DNA of 64,000 bases from Cyanophora paradoxa CCMP329. Its lineage: Eukaryota; Plantae; Glaucophyta. Shown here one piece after another: positions 12,201 to 24,596 of this stretch (the first letter of the stretch is position 1; every line of letters starts with the position of its first letter). The translations under genes were made by a program, and so were the position numbers. The notes under the pieces are model-generated. The model searched no databases, was not told where the DNA came from, and saw nothing but the letters and a program-made list of their open reading frames with translations. Location: the NCBI GenBank assembly GCA_004431415.1, contig QPMI01000010.1, positions 248,001 to 312,000 of the forward strand, in the 5' to 3' direction.

Positions 12201-14672
12201 CGAGCTCCTGGTCCGTTAACGTTGCCCTCGCCCTCGCCCTCGCCCTCGGCGCTGTAGCTGGCGGGCTGCGATTGCGACCCTTTACATAATACGATTACGC
12301 CTCGGCAGCTAGGTGTTCGGGCTGTTATATAATTACGCTATAATATATATAATTATGTATACGTAAAAAAATTTACATAATACTACGGTTTAATTACGCC
12401 CCGGCAGGTGTTCGGGCTGTTCGAGGGTCTGGACGCCAAGATCGGGCGCCTCCCCGGGGACACGCAGGGCCTCCTCGCCTCCGTCCTCGAGCGCCTCGAG
12501 GCCGACTCCGACCTCGCCGCCCCGGGTGCCGCTTGAGCTTCGAATTCCCCCACATTTCCACCCAGATCTAGAGCAATCCATCCTGCTCGTTCATCAGACA
12601 AACAAACCAGAATCTGCATCTCTAGATCTAGTAATATACAATCCCTCCTTCTACTTTGAGTCTAATTACAAAATCGAACGGCCCGGCAGCGCTGGCGCTC
12701 ATCGCCGTCGCCCCCGACGGGATCTCGGAGGCGGACCTGCTGCTCGCCGTCTCCGTCGCCGAGCCCGCGCTGGGGCCTGACCCCGGCGGCGAGCCCCGGC
12801 CCGTGCCCCGCCTCCGCTGGTCCCTCCTCGCGAACGGGTCCGCGCGCGGGCGCCCCTTTGATTAATATTTCCGCGCGCCGCGCGGCGGCCCGCGGCCGAC
12901 GCCCGCGCGCAGCATCGCACACCTGCTCCGCCCCGCCAGCGGCTCGGCCGGCCTCCTCTCCTTCTCCCACAGGTCGGCCCTCCTCCTTCGAATTTGTCGC
13001 CCCGCACTCGACCGACCGACGGGGGCGCAGGCAGGTCGCGAGGGCGGTGCGCGCGCGGTACCTCGCGGGCTGCGCGCACGGGCCGGACTGCGAGGCGACG
13101 GCGGCGGGCGACGTCTGCGCCCAGTGCCGGCCGGACCCCGACCCGGGCCAGGCGAAGAACCTCCCCAAGTTCGAGGCGGAATGGGCGGCCAAGGACGGCC
13201 GGCTGCACCAGGCACTCGCCCTGACGGCCCTCATCTCCCCGTCCTACCGCGCCTGCGCGCGGCACCACATCCACAGGAGCGCGCCCTGGCACAAGCCGGC
13301 GGCCACGGCCCCCTACCTCAACGCGGGCGTTGCGCGGCTCGCCTCCTTAACCGCCTTCGCCTTCCCGTGCGGCGCGTCCGGCGAGGGCCGCCGCGAGGGC
13401 CTACTGCGCGGCGTCTGCGCGGCGCTGGCGGCGGCGCCCGCCCTGCGCAAGCTGAACTTCGGGATGCGGGCCGAGGTGAGCGGGCGGGGGGACCTCAACG
13501 TCGGGGCGCGGATGTCCCACTCGAAAGTGCTGTCGAAGGAGGCGGCGGGCAGCGTCGGGCTGCTGCTGCGGCGCGCCCCGCGCCTGGAGGCGCTGATCCT
13601 CGACGACCTCGGGATCGACGCTGCGCGCCTGGCGCCCATCCTCGAGGGCGCGCGGGCCGGCGGCGGCCGCCTCCGGGGCCTCTCCCTCGCCGGCAACCGC
13701 CTCTACTCAGACGCCGCCGCGCCGCTCGCCGAAGCCCTCGCGACCGCGCTCCCGGCCCTCGAGCGGCTCGACCTCTCGGCGAACCGGCCCACGGCCAAGG
13801 GCATGGACACGCTCGCCCCGGCGCTGGCCGCCGCGCCGGCCCTCCGCGCCCTCTACGTCGACTTCGAGTGCTTCGGGGCCGGCTACGACGGCTCCGAGGA
13901 GGACCAAGGGAAGCTCGTGCGGCCCCTCGCGCGGTTCGCGGCGGCCGCCGCCGGCGCGGCCCCCGAGCTGCGCCTCTACTTCGTGGGAGCCTCGCATGTC
14001 TTCAAGCGCCCGGGCTGGCGCGTCCGCACGATGGAGGACGTGATGTTCGGGAAGTGCTGCACGATGGCGGGCGCCGCCCACCTCGTCGCCTCGGGGGGGG
14101 CCGTCCTCCCCTGCCTCGCCTCCCTCGACGCGGTCCGCGCTTCAATGTCAATCGCGCAAGCTTGGCTGAGGCGGCCGCAGCTGAACGCCGGCTCCATGGA
14201 GACGCAGGTCCTGTGGCTGGAGGACCGGCCCAAGGGCCTCGAGGAGTACGGCTCGTCCTTCGGGCGCCTGTACGAGCCGGTGGACCCCGAGGGGGCCCTC
14301 GAGCCCTCCTTCGGGTGCGAGGGCGAGCCCCTCCTGGGCGTCTGGGCGGGCCCCGCCGGCCTCGAGCTGCGGCTCCAGGAGGCCGTCGGCCTGTCCCACC
14401 TCGGCCGCCTCCTTTTCGGGAGCCTCCGGGACCCGAACTCGGGCCTCTGGGTCCTCAAGAGCGCCCCGGGCGTGCCCCCGGCCGCGGCCACGGTTCCCCT
14501 CCCCGCCTGCTGCCTGGTGGGCGCCAACGGCTCCAAGCCGGACGACGCCGGCCAGGCCCGGGCCTCCCTGCTCGAGGGGGGTACCGAGCTGGACCTCACG
14601 TGGGGGCCCGCAGGGGCCCCCGAGGCCTCCCTCGCCCGCGCCCGCCTCCACCGCGTGCTCCCGCGTCCCTAA
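9248..14672 (+). CDS. DUF4062 + NACHT/STAND NTPase + RNI-like LRR protein (NLR-like architecture), with an Ala/Pro-rich N-terminus
   Basis: DUF4062 motifs as in TEP1/NWD1/NPHP3: VRVFVSSTFK|DMHGERD, VDLRWG, CL|DEIRRCRPWFLCLLGARYGW, SVTELEV. Walker A is GRPGSGKTS and Walker B is IAVIIDAVNQ, followed by PLYLRLAVDEL and FSH|QVARAVRARYL. LRRs include LEALILDDLGI, LRGLSLAGNRL and LERLDLSANRP. It ends in TAA at 14670-14672. Confidence 0.85.
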
Positions 14673-14723
14673 TTATAATTATATAACCGCGTCCCGTTCG
14701 GGTCTCGATTCGGAGCGGAGGTC

Positions 14724-14846
14724 TTAGTTATTAGCTTAGCTTAGCTTATTAGCTTAGCTTATTAGCTCCTAGCTTAGGCTTAGCTAACCCCGCCCCGTCC
14801 CGTTCAACGGTTTGGGTCTCGATTCGGAGCTTAGCTTAGCTGATTA
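14724..14846. repeat. (TTAGC)n-like simple repeat between two copies of GTCCCGTTC..GGGTCTCGATTCGGAGC
   Basis: Directly visible in the 3' flank of the NLR-like gene. Confidence 0.8.
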
Positions 14847-15498
14847 GTGCGCAAATGGGGCTATGAATCCTATGATTACGCGCGCGCGCTGAAGCTTGCG
14901 AGTAAAAAACGTTTGCTATCTGCGGTCAATGATGCTAAAAAAATGATTCATATTGCAATCACCAGCCAATATTAATCATTCATTGAATCGCTGGCGCCGG
15001 CCGGCGGTACCGCAGTACCGCCGGACCGGCGCCGGTACCGCCAAATTTAAAGCCTGAAGGGCGATGAAATCGTCGCGATCGGGCGCCGCCGCCGGGCCGG
15101 TCCCGGCCGCGGGTGCCGCCGTGCCGGCCCGGCGGGCCACTGCCGGCCCACTATACTCATCAGTAGTTTCGAATTCCGCGGCAGCTAGGCCGCCTCCTAA
15201 CAGGCCGGCGCCACTTCAATGCTACTATAGCTAACGCCGCTAGTAACGCGGCAGTAGCGCCTAGTAGGCTAGTAGTAGCCGCCTACTAGTAGGCGGACCG
15301 GCTCCGCGTGCGATCGATATCGCAGGGTATCATCGCACAGACTACATTTATATTCGCACCGCAGCCCAGGCTAGGTACGGCCGCGATTATCGGATTGCTC
15401 TTAAGGCTTCCCCCAGCAGACCTGACCCGCCCCGATCGCGTTTTGCCAGTTGTCCAGCTGCAGCAGCCGTACGTTCGCATAATATATACGCGTTAAAA

Positions 15499-16457
15499 AT
15501 GTACGTCTACGCTCCGAACACCGACTGCGGCGAATTCAACAACGTTGACGAGCAATCGACACCCGCAATCGACATCTTCAACCAGAAGATCGCCGCGTTT
15601 GAAGAGCAGGTTCAGAGCAATCTCGACTTGCAGCTTGACCTGAAGTGGGGCCGCACTTACGCCTCCAAAGAGGTGATGCGCTTTTCTTATGAGGCCAAGG
15701 TCCGTGCGACGGTCCCCCCACGACCATTGACTTTAATTTTCGGAATACTGGCCATGCGCCGGCTGTATAGGCGCTGATCATGAGCTAGCCTAGTAGCTAT
15801 AGCTATGCATAGGACGCGTGCGGCACGATCATGAGCTCGAGCACCCCGCAGGATGAATGCGAGGATCGCAAAGCTTTCGAAGATTACAAATACTGCGTCT
15901 GCTCGGGCAACGAGACCGAGGATAATGCCATTGAAAGCGACGAGGATTTCGACGCGTGGAACCAAGGGAGGATCGCATGCGAGGCCGAGTTGGACAAGGC
16001 CTTCCCACCGAAAGTTAGCTGCGAGCTGGTGCGTACGTATATTAAAAGTATACATTTTGAATGAAGTTCTGCACTGCGGCAATTAAGGCTGCGAAGGAAT
16101 TATTTGTCTGATTAATCACTGAATCAAACTCTCGTCTCCGTCGAGCAGGACAGGGCCCTTGTCGAAGCTGCCATGCTGAAGACGAACGACTTCGTGCGCT
16201 CCGTCGTCTTCGCCGACCGGCTCGACAGTGCTTCTCAGGAGGCGGCCGACGTCGACGCTGACTTCGACGAGGACGATGCCGCCGCCGTAAGTCTATGATA
16301 CATATATTCGCCTGCAGCTAATTAAGCTGTAAACTATAATTATACCGTAAAGGTCAGTGGGAATTCGAACTGATCACGAGCCGCTGCGCAGGAGGACTTC
16401 GCTGAGGCGCTCGCGGCCTCCGACGCCGAGCTCGCCGCCCTGGATCTCGCCGCGTAG
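15499..16457 (+). CDS. Small acidic hypothetical protein (~200 aa, 4 exons)
   Basis: ATG in an A-rich context. Three GT-AG introns join in frame: ...RFSYEAK|DECEDRKAF...VSCEL|DRALVEAAM...DDAAA|EDFAEALAASDAELAALDLAA*. Confidence 0.65.
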
Positions 16458-16652
16458 CCCGCCCCATCGATATCGTGGCATCCTGGCATGGCCGGCTCGC
16501 GATCGACTCGGCGAGTCCCCAGCCCCCCCAGGCCGGCCCTTCCCCGGGCCCCCTCCGTTGCACATTTGGAAAGCTCTTTCGGATTTTAATTGTAACTAGG
16601 TATACGGGGCTCGTGGAAAGCGGCGAGGGGAGGGGAGAGGGGGAGGGGGAGA

Positions 16653-16680
16653 GGGGGGGGGGGGGGGGGGGGGGGGGGGG
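16653..16680 (+). repeat. Poly-G tract between convergent gene ends
   Basis: About 28 consecutive G preceded by GA-rich repeats. Confidence 0.9.
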
Positions 16681-17010
16681 AGCTGGAAGGGCCAGGAGTC
16701 AGGGTTGGAGCATAGCGTCACAATTCGCCGAACATAATATTAATAAAGCACGTGGCGTTGCCACAACTTGCCAGTTGGCCTAATTGTGTCATGAAATCGC
16801 GGCCGCGGCCGGCTGTGCCCACAACCCGTGCCTAGAGCATGTGGCAGAAACAGCAAGACTGAAATACCATGATGGCAGCTTCAATAAGAGACGAGACTAA
16901 GAATACAGATAAGATAACAGGTTGCGGAGGGGGGCGCGAAGACGACCAATAATAGGGGCGCCGGAAGGCGCAATAGCGCGCGCCCCGCCTCCGCCCTCCC
17001 CTAAGGTGAG

Positions 17011-20000
17011 CTAAGAAGAGCACTGGCTGGTGTACTGCAGGACCTGCTCCCACAGCACGTTCTTCCCGTCGTCCTTGATCTGACGTGGGGCGGAGCCGGC
17101 TCAGAAACGGACAGACGCGTGCGGGCCCAGCGCAGATTCAAAGGCGCCGCGCGGATTCGAACCTGGACGGTGACCGTCTTGAGCTTGGGGTCGAACGCGA
17201 GCTTGGTGTACGTGCGCGCCTCCTGCAGCGTGCCTGCACGCGGCCGCCCGGCGGGCGGTCAGCCGGGGTCTAAGACAGAGTCGGGCGGGCGGGCGCACCC
17301 CAGGTGAAGGGGACGCGGAAGGAGGAGGAGACGGCGGCGCGGTTGGGCGGGGCGGCGGCGGGCCCGACGAGGACCTCCGGAAGGAAGAAGTCGTAGTTCG
17401 CCACCCGGCTCTGCGAACGAAGCGAACGAAGCGAACGTTAGTGGAGAGCAGCGAGTGCGGATCGCGCTCTAGGTCTTCTTCTTGTAGCTTCTATCTATCT
17501 ATCTATCTCTGAATTCTGTAGCGTCTTGTAGGGGGAGAGGGAGGAGAGGGAGGGGGATACAAGCGCCGAGCGGAGGGAGAGGGGGGTACACGCGCGCACC
17601 ATCGTGGAGGTGACGTTTGCGATGCCGGAGAGCTGCACTCCCCCCGAGACGAAGAGCACGCACTTCTTGGCGTCCGTCGCGAGGAACCTGACGAGGTCGC
17701 TGCCCTGGTCGACGGCGTACCCCGGCCAGAACCAGCCGAGCGCGTTGCGGACGTCGACGCCGACGCTGGAGACGTCGACGGTCGGGCCGCCCTGCAGCAC
17801 CACCTGCAGAGAGTAATACACTTATATAAGAAGAACGGAGATCAAAGATAGAAAGATAGATGGGGAACCTTGAAGGTGGCGGTGGATGCCTTGATCTCGG
17901 CCTTGAGCTGCGAGAGCGTGTCCGCGCTCACCAGCTGCCTCGGCGTCCTGTCCCCACGGCCGGCCGCCAGCGTCAGTCTCTCGGTCCGGGTCGGGCGCTC
18001 CGCCGCGCGGCGCGGAGATTTGTTTTTACTCGAAAATTCCTAGCTTAATTAAGCAGTTTTCTGCAATCGGCTCTAGAACTTTGGCCGCACGCGCACCGCT
18101 CGGATCGGAGGTCAACGACGAAGAGGTCAAGCGTGGTGCCCCACGAGAGCTTCCGGAGCGCCTTGCTGCTCGCCATCGGCACCGCCTCCTGCACGGGCGA
18201 GCGGGCCGGGCCGGGTCGCCCCCCGTCAGCTCTCTTCGCGCCAAAGCGGTCGGCTGTGAAGGCGGACCTTCATCGCATCACGGGCCCGGCTCTGCCGCTC
18301 GGCGTCGGTGATGACGGGAGCACCCGCTAGGGCGAGCTGTTGGACTGCAGGGCGATGGGAGGCATAAACGTCGGGCGCAAGCGGTGGGGCGGGGCGGAAA
18401 AGCGCACTGTTCATCGAGGTTTTCGCTGCGAGCGCTGCGCGCGCATTGTGCACGTCAGCTGGTGGCGAGAATCGCGACAACGGGGCGCGTGCGTGCGCAC
18501 CGTTCGGGTCGTAGTACGAGCCGTACTCTTTGTCGGACCACGTCGCGGCGACGGAGGCGGAGTGGAACAGGGCCTGCACGTTCTCGCGCCGGAGCTGTGC
18601 GCTCCACTCGGACCTGAAGTAGGACGGGTTGGCGGTGGTGTTGACGGCCGGGTCCGCGTAGATGGTGTCGCCGGCCAGCAAAAGGAAGTCGAACTTCTCC
18701 TCGGCGGCGCGCTCCAGGACGGTGTCGGGGAACCGCGAGTTGTAGATGGCGCCTACCGCGCCCAGCGTCACGATGCGCTTGGTCGAGTCGGCGTTGCCCA
18801 TCGTGCGGAAGCGAACGATGGCGGAGCGGCCGGTCGACGTGGAGACCCACGCGTTGTACAGGGTGTCGGCCTTGAGGCCCGTCAGCGTGACGGTGAAGAG
18901 CGCGTCCGGCCCGGTCGGCGTCCCGTCGTTGTATGTTAGGTCCGTACTGCCTGAAATGGGGTCCGCAGGACTCCCCCACGTCGTGCCCGAGGCTGCAACA
19001 TAACGGAGAGACAGGCTGCCGGGCCCTCTGGCCCTGGCGACGAACTGCGCCGTCGTGTCGGTGACGTCGCCGACCTGGAGGCCCCACGCGAAGACGTCCT
19101 TGAGAAGGGGCTGGGTGGGTTCGTAGGAGACCGTCGGCTCGGCCCCGCGCGACGGCGCCGGCTCGAGCGGGGCGTCCCCGCCGCGGCGGGCGGCGCGCCC
19201 GGCGGCGGCGATGATGATGATGACGAGGATGAACCAGAGGACGGAGAGGCAGCAGGACCACTTGGCGAGTTTCTTGGCCTTCTCCGAGCGGCTGTTGCGG
19301 TACTTGCAGAAGTTGATGCAGCAGAGGATGCCGCACAGGAATCCGGTGATGAAGAGCAGCTGCGCGTTGGCGGCCTCCTTGCGGATCTTCCGCTCCTCCG
19401 TCTCGTCCTTCACGTGCTCCTCCTCCTCCGTGACCTGACAAAGAAAGAAGAAGTTAGGCGAGCTTCAAAGAGGTAAGGGACGAGCTCACCTTCATGAAGA
19501 CCTCCTCGAGGGTGGTGAGGGAGAGCTGGATGTCGGTGATGTGCATCTGCTCCTTGACCGCCTCGAACCGCTCGAAGAAGTCGGGGAGCTGCGGCGGGCG
19601 CGTAAGACCGGCGCGTGCATCAGCGTAGACGGGGAGGGCGTGGTTGTGGGCACCTCGGGGATCTTCTCGCGGGGTACGCGGAACTGCCAGCAGCCGGGGA
19701 GCACCGCCGCCACCTGCGCCGCGCCGCGCCGCGCCGCGTCGGGATCCCGGGCCGGGCCGACGCTTCCAGACAAGGTCGAAAGAAGGGAGCGTACCTCGGC
19801 GCCGCGGAGCTCGCGCTCGACGAAGGAGCGGACCTCGTCGCCGATCTTGCGGCCCTCCGCCTCCGTCCGCTGCGCGCGCCGAGGACGACGGCAACGTCAG
19901 CCAGGCCACCGCCCGCCCGCCCGCCCGCCCCTTAATTCTGTGGCGTCAGGTCGTGGCGCACGTGCTCGTAGAGGAGGGTCATGCGGTAGCCCGTCCCGAA

Positions 20001-23000
20001 CTTGTTCTTGAGGCGCAGCGACGTCCCCAGCACCGACACGCGCCCCGCCTGCGGGGCCCGACGAGGCCCGGTCAGCCTCGGGGTCCAGCTAGGTCTCTCT
20101 GGCCGGCCGGCTGGGAGCTGCTAGCTTCTTCTAGGTCCAGCTAGCTAGTTAGATCCAGCCGGCGGGCGGGCGGGCGGGCGGGCCTTCATGATGCCGATGC
20201 GGTCGCCGAGGATGTCGGCCTCCTCCATCGAGTGCGTCGTCAGCACGATCACGCGGTCCCTGTGGCGGAGAGTGAGTGGGGCGGGCGGGCGGGGCGGGGC
20301 GGGGCGGAGAGGGTGAGGCGGGGAGAGAGGGGCGGGCGGGCGGGCGCACCGCTTGACCTTCTCGATGAGGTTCCAGACCTGCCGCCGCGACACGGGGTCC
20401 ATCCCCGTCGTCGGCTGCGCGCAGAGCACAGAGTCAGAACAAGAACGACATCGAAGAACGACGGGCGCGCCTCGTCGAGGAAGACGATGCCCGGGTTGCC
20501 GATGAGGGCGATGGCGACCGAGAGGCGGCGCCGCATGCCCCCCGAGTATGCCCCCGCGGGCACGTTGCCCGACGAGGTCAGCTCGACGTCCTTGAGGCGC
20601 TCCTCGACCTCCTCCTCGATCCGGTTCCGCGGCACGCCCTGCGGGGGCGGGCCGGGTCAGCCGCAGAGAATCGCGGAGAATCGTAGGGTGGGATGGCTCG
20701 GCTCGGCTTGGCTTCGAAGCCCGAGCCGAGCCGGCCCGGCCCTAGCTAGCTCGACGAAGACTTAGGCGCACCTTGAAGCCGGCGTAGATGCGGAGGTGGT
20801 CGCGCCCGCTCAGGTCGTTCCAGAGGATGTCGTGCTGCGGGCACACGCCCATGATCTGCGGGGGCGCGGAAGCAAGCAAGGGCGTGAGAAAGCAAGCGGG
20901 CGACGAAAGCAGCGAGAGGCGGAGCGCGCCTTGCGGATCTTGTCCATGTCCTTGATGATGGAGTGCCCGAAGATAGTCGCATCGCCCACGGTCGGCTTGA
21001 AGAGGCCCGTGAGCATGCTGCGGATAAATAAGATCAGCGGTGGAATCAATCGGGATCGATCGAATCGGCTGCCTCACTTGAAGGTGGTGGTCTTGCCGGC
21101 GCCGTTGTGGCCGAGCAGGCAGAAGAGCTTGCCCTCCTCCATCGTGAGCCAGGTGCCCTTGACGGCGACGAACTCGGTCGTCGGGTCCGCGATCAGGCCC
21201 AGCGTCCGCTTCATGTACCTGAGTTCGAGAGAAAGGTCAGATCGGATCGGATACGATCTGATCTGACCTGATCCGATCGCGCACGTCTTTCGCAGGTTCA
21301 TAATCTTGACGGCGGTGTGCGGGGGCGCCTGGTTGCTGCGCAGCATCTGCTCCTCGTTGCGGATGTCCTCGTCCATGTCGGCGCGCTGCTCGTTCGGGAC
21401 GTTAGGGGGGTACGCTGCGTCGTTCAGGGGGTACGCGCGCACGTCCTCGGGGGACATGAAGTCGGTCTGGTCGATGTGCTCCGTGTGGTCCTCCTTGCCC
21501 GTCCAGTACGAGGGGTACAGGAAGTAGAACGGACCCTTCGTCTGCCCGTAGTGCGCTGCGGTTCGGGAGTTCAGAATCGAACGGAGCGGTTAGTAACCGA
21601 CGGCAGTTAGTAACTGACAGGGGATGACGTTGTCGAGGTAGAGGGCGAGGACGAGGTACAGGAAGAAGTCCAGGATGAGCCACTGGTACGTGTTGTTCAT
21701 GGACCAGTTGTTGTCCGAGGCCGTTACCTTCGCGTCCATTCGCTCGGCCCAGCGCAGGCCGACGTCGGACTGCTTGGAGGAGACGTCCCCCAGGTCCTTG
21801 AGGCCCTTGCCCAGAAGGCACATCGGGAGCAGCGCGAAGGCGCGCCCGATGGCGAGCGAGACGGCGTCGTTGTAGATCTGCTGCGCCAGCGACTGCAGGA
21901 TGATGCCCACCACGAAGATGACGAAGCCTGTTCGTCCAAACAAACGAACGACAGAAGTCAAACAACAACGCCGCGGAGAGAGTAGTAGAAGGGCTCGTTA
22001 CCCAGCGAGGCGGCTGTGGACGCCTTGGAGATGACCGTCGAGACGAAGAAGGCGAGGGAAACCATGGCGAGGCCGAAGAGGAAGAAGAGGAAGAAGTACG
22101 TCGGGAAGTCGTTCTTGAGGAAGAACCCGAACTGGAAGATGGCCCCGGACACGATGATGATCAGGCCCGTCAGCCTGCGCGAAATCGTTCGGGATTCGCG
22201 GATCGAATCTGGATGAAATCTTTTCTTGCGCACGTGTTCCAGGCGAGGTTCGTGATACCCCACGTGAGCCAGTACGCGGAATCCTTAAGGCCCATCTGGC
22301 GCATGCCCTCGCGAAGCTTCAACTCCTGCTCCATCACAATCTGCAGCGGACGGGCGGCGGCCCGGGTCGGACACTGCGCGCGCGCGCGCCCCCGAGAAGC
22401 GGCCCCGCGCGAGATCGAACCTGGGAGATCTGGATCACGAAGTTGAACATGAGCGCGCCGAAGATGAAGACGGGGCCGTACAGGGCCACGGCTGCGGGGG
22501 TACGGGTTGGGATCGGCGGGGACGGGGGTACGGAGTTTTGCGGGGCGCACCGCTCAGGGAGAGCAGCTCGCGGTGCGGGTACTCGACCTTCGTCACCTCG
22601 AGGGTGGTATCCTGCGACCGGGGCGGGTTGGGCGAGGGGTACGATGCGAGGCAAAGCTTTCACTTGGGGCCGGGGCGCGGCGCACCAGCATGCCGGTCGC
22701 CTCGCAGGCCGCCTGGTCGAGCTTTGCATCCATGCAGCGCGCCTGGAAGCTCACTGCGCCGCCGCCGCCGCCGCCGCGTCGGCGCGGGCGCGCCGCGGGG
22801 CACGGGGCGGGGGGCGGGGCGCACGGATCTCGCGCTCAACGGCCAGCTGGAGGGGAATGGCGTACGCCTCGACGACTCGGATCGGGCGGCCGCGGCGGTA
22901 GATCTGCGTCTGGTTGTACTGTGGTGCGGGGCGGGGCGAGTCAGGCCGGGCAGTCAGGCGGGCGTAGGGGCGAGCGAGCGAGCGAGCGAGCCTGCAGCGA

Positions 23001-23815
23001 GTAGGAGATCTGGAGCGGCGCCGACCGGGGGTCCTTCTCGTTCGCGTGGACGATGTCAAAGACGACGGCTCCGGCGGTCGAGTTGGGGTTCTGCGGCGAG
23101 GCGGCTCGGGCGCGTGCCCCCCGCGCGGGCGGCGCGGCGCGGCGCGGGCCGCGGATGGCGCACCGCCAGAAGGAACGTGTCGATTTGCGCGGCGGAGTCG
23201 AAGGCCTTCACCTCGGACTCTGGGATGTTGTTCCGTATGCGGATTTGATCTACGAGCAGCTTCGCCGCCCAGTCGTCGGACGGAGCCCACGCGACTGTGA
23301 TGCACGAGGTCGCCCGCGCGTTGGGAATGCAGCGCGTGAGCGTCGACGGCATCACCGTCTCCTTCCCCTTCGTCACTGCGCAGCGGGGGCGGCTGAGCTA
23401 AGAAAGGAACGCGAAAGGAACGGAGGCGCCCGCGTGCGCACCGACGCTGGTTGCAGGCCCCAGCACGGCATTCTGCTTCAGCGCAAACTGGAGGAGGAAG
23501 ATCTGCGTGCGGGGCGGTGCGCCTTAGAACGCGTGAAGCGGCAACGAGAGGCGGCGGGCGCGGCGCGCACGGCAAGCACGAAGATGAAGGGTGCGATAAG
23601 CTGAATGATGGTGCTCTTCTTGTTCCGCCTCTGCGCCGCGGTCTTTCAGGCCCCGACGAGCGAGGGCACGCGCAGGACGAACCGTGAGCGACCAGTTCTT
23701 GCTGCGCCGCGGCAAGAAGGGGTCAGAATCTGCTTGCTGAGAGGACGGTGCGGGCCACGCACTACAGCAGGATCTCGCACTGCCGCACGAAGCCGCGGAA
23801 CCCGTCGAGTCCCAT
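17011..23815 (-). CDS. ABCA-family half-transporter (plant ABCA2/ATH1-like) fused C-terminally to a membrane anchor and a degenerate PhoD-like phosphatase domain
   Basis: N-terminus MGLDGFRGFVRQCEILLYKNWSLTRRNKKSTIIQLIAPFIF. TMD motifs IVMEQELKLREGMRQMGL and LYLVLALYLDNVIP. NBD motifs [41 protein letters not shown]|PTTGMDP, LTTHSMEEADILGDRI and LTTLEEVFMK. The GT-AG intron ~19490-19436 joins in frame to VTEEEEHVKDETEE..., then PhoD motifs (FAWGLQVGDVT, FLLLAGDTIYAD, LDLFVVDLRSER, ASTATFKVV). It ends in TAG at 17013-17011. Confidence 0.88.
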
Positions 23816-24596
23816 GATGCAGCGGGGCAGTCGCGGCTAGCGGGCTAGCCCGGTGTAAGACTAAGCTATCGGTCGCCGCACTCGCTAGGGTGGAGCTGCG
23901 CTGGACCCTGCTGCGTGCCGCCGGTGCCGGCTTTCTCGGGCCGGGCTCACTTGCTGCGCTCAAGGGCGAGCTGCGCGTGCGCTCCCTAGAAGCTCCCAGA
24001 GTCAACCCCCTTAGAAACGCCAAATGAAAGAAGGCCGGCGCCCTCTGTGCTCCGCGCGCCTGCTGTACGCGCCTGTCGACGCCCCCCCCCCCCTGTTGAC
24101 GAGCGACTCGAAGCTGTCGTGACCGACGTGAAATTATATCAATCATACTTTCTTAGATAAAGTTAGTGTATATACATGACAAAAAAACGTCTGCTGTCGC
24201 GTGATTGGCGGAGTTTTTGTTGTCCGTGTACGCCCCCGCCAGACCGGACCGACGCTAGCGCTGGTCTCTTGTTACGCTTTCTCTGTGAAGTTCGGAGCGA
24301 AGTTCGCAGGAAGCCCATCGCTGCCCAAGCGCCGCGCGCAGCGCGCGGAGCTACGCGCACGGTGAGACCAGACGACTCAGACTAGGCAGCAAAGCGTGTT
24401 CGAGCCCCCAGAGCGACTTCGTCCTGTGTGGGTCGGAGCGCGTGGGAGTGAGCAGCGCGATACGCTGGCTCACCAAGAGCTAAGCGTGTTTAAGGAGCAC
24501 GAAGCCCAGAGCGTTGTGGTCTTCTCTGAGGAGAACTCCCAGCAGCAGCCGGCCGAGCAGTGGGGTGGCCGTGAGTACAGCAGCGGCGCGACCGGC
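23816..24596. promoter_or_regulatory. Probable bidirectional promoter/5'UTR region of the two ABCA genes
   Basis: 780 bp between divergent ATGs, with an AT-rich core at ~24130-24190 (TATATA) and an inverted CCAAT (GATTGG) near 24203. Confidence 0.5.

Noticed and set aside
8894-14686. Long Arg/Pro/Ala-rich ORFs such as 8894-9880(-), 13124-14686(+) and 10624-11853(+) as separate genes
   Set aside because: Shadow frames of GC-rich coding DNA, or read-through of stop-free introns. The conserved motifs lie in the spliced model.
18226-19413. Stand-alone PhoD gene starting at the GTG at 19413
   Set aside because: No ATG or promoter space, and the frame is entered via a canonical intron from the ABCA exon.
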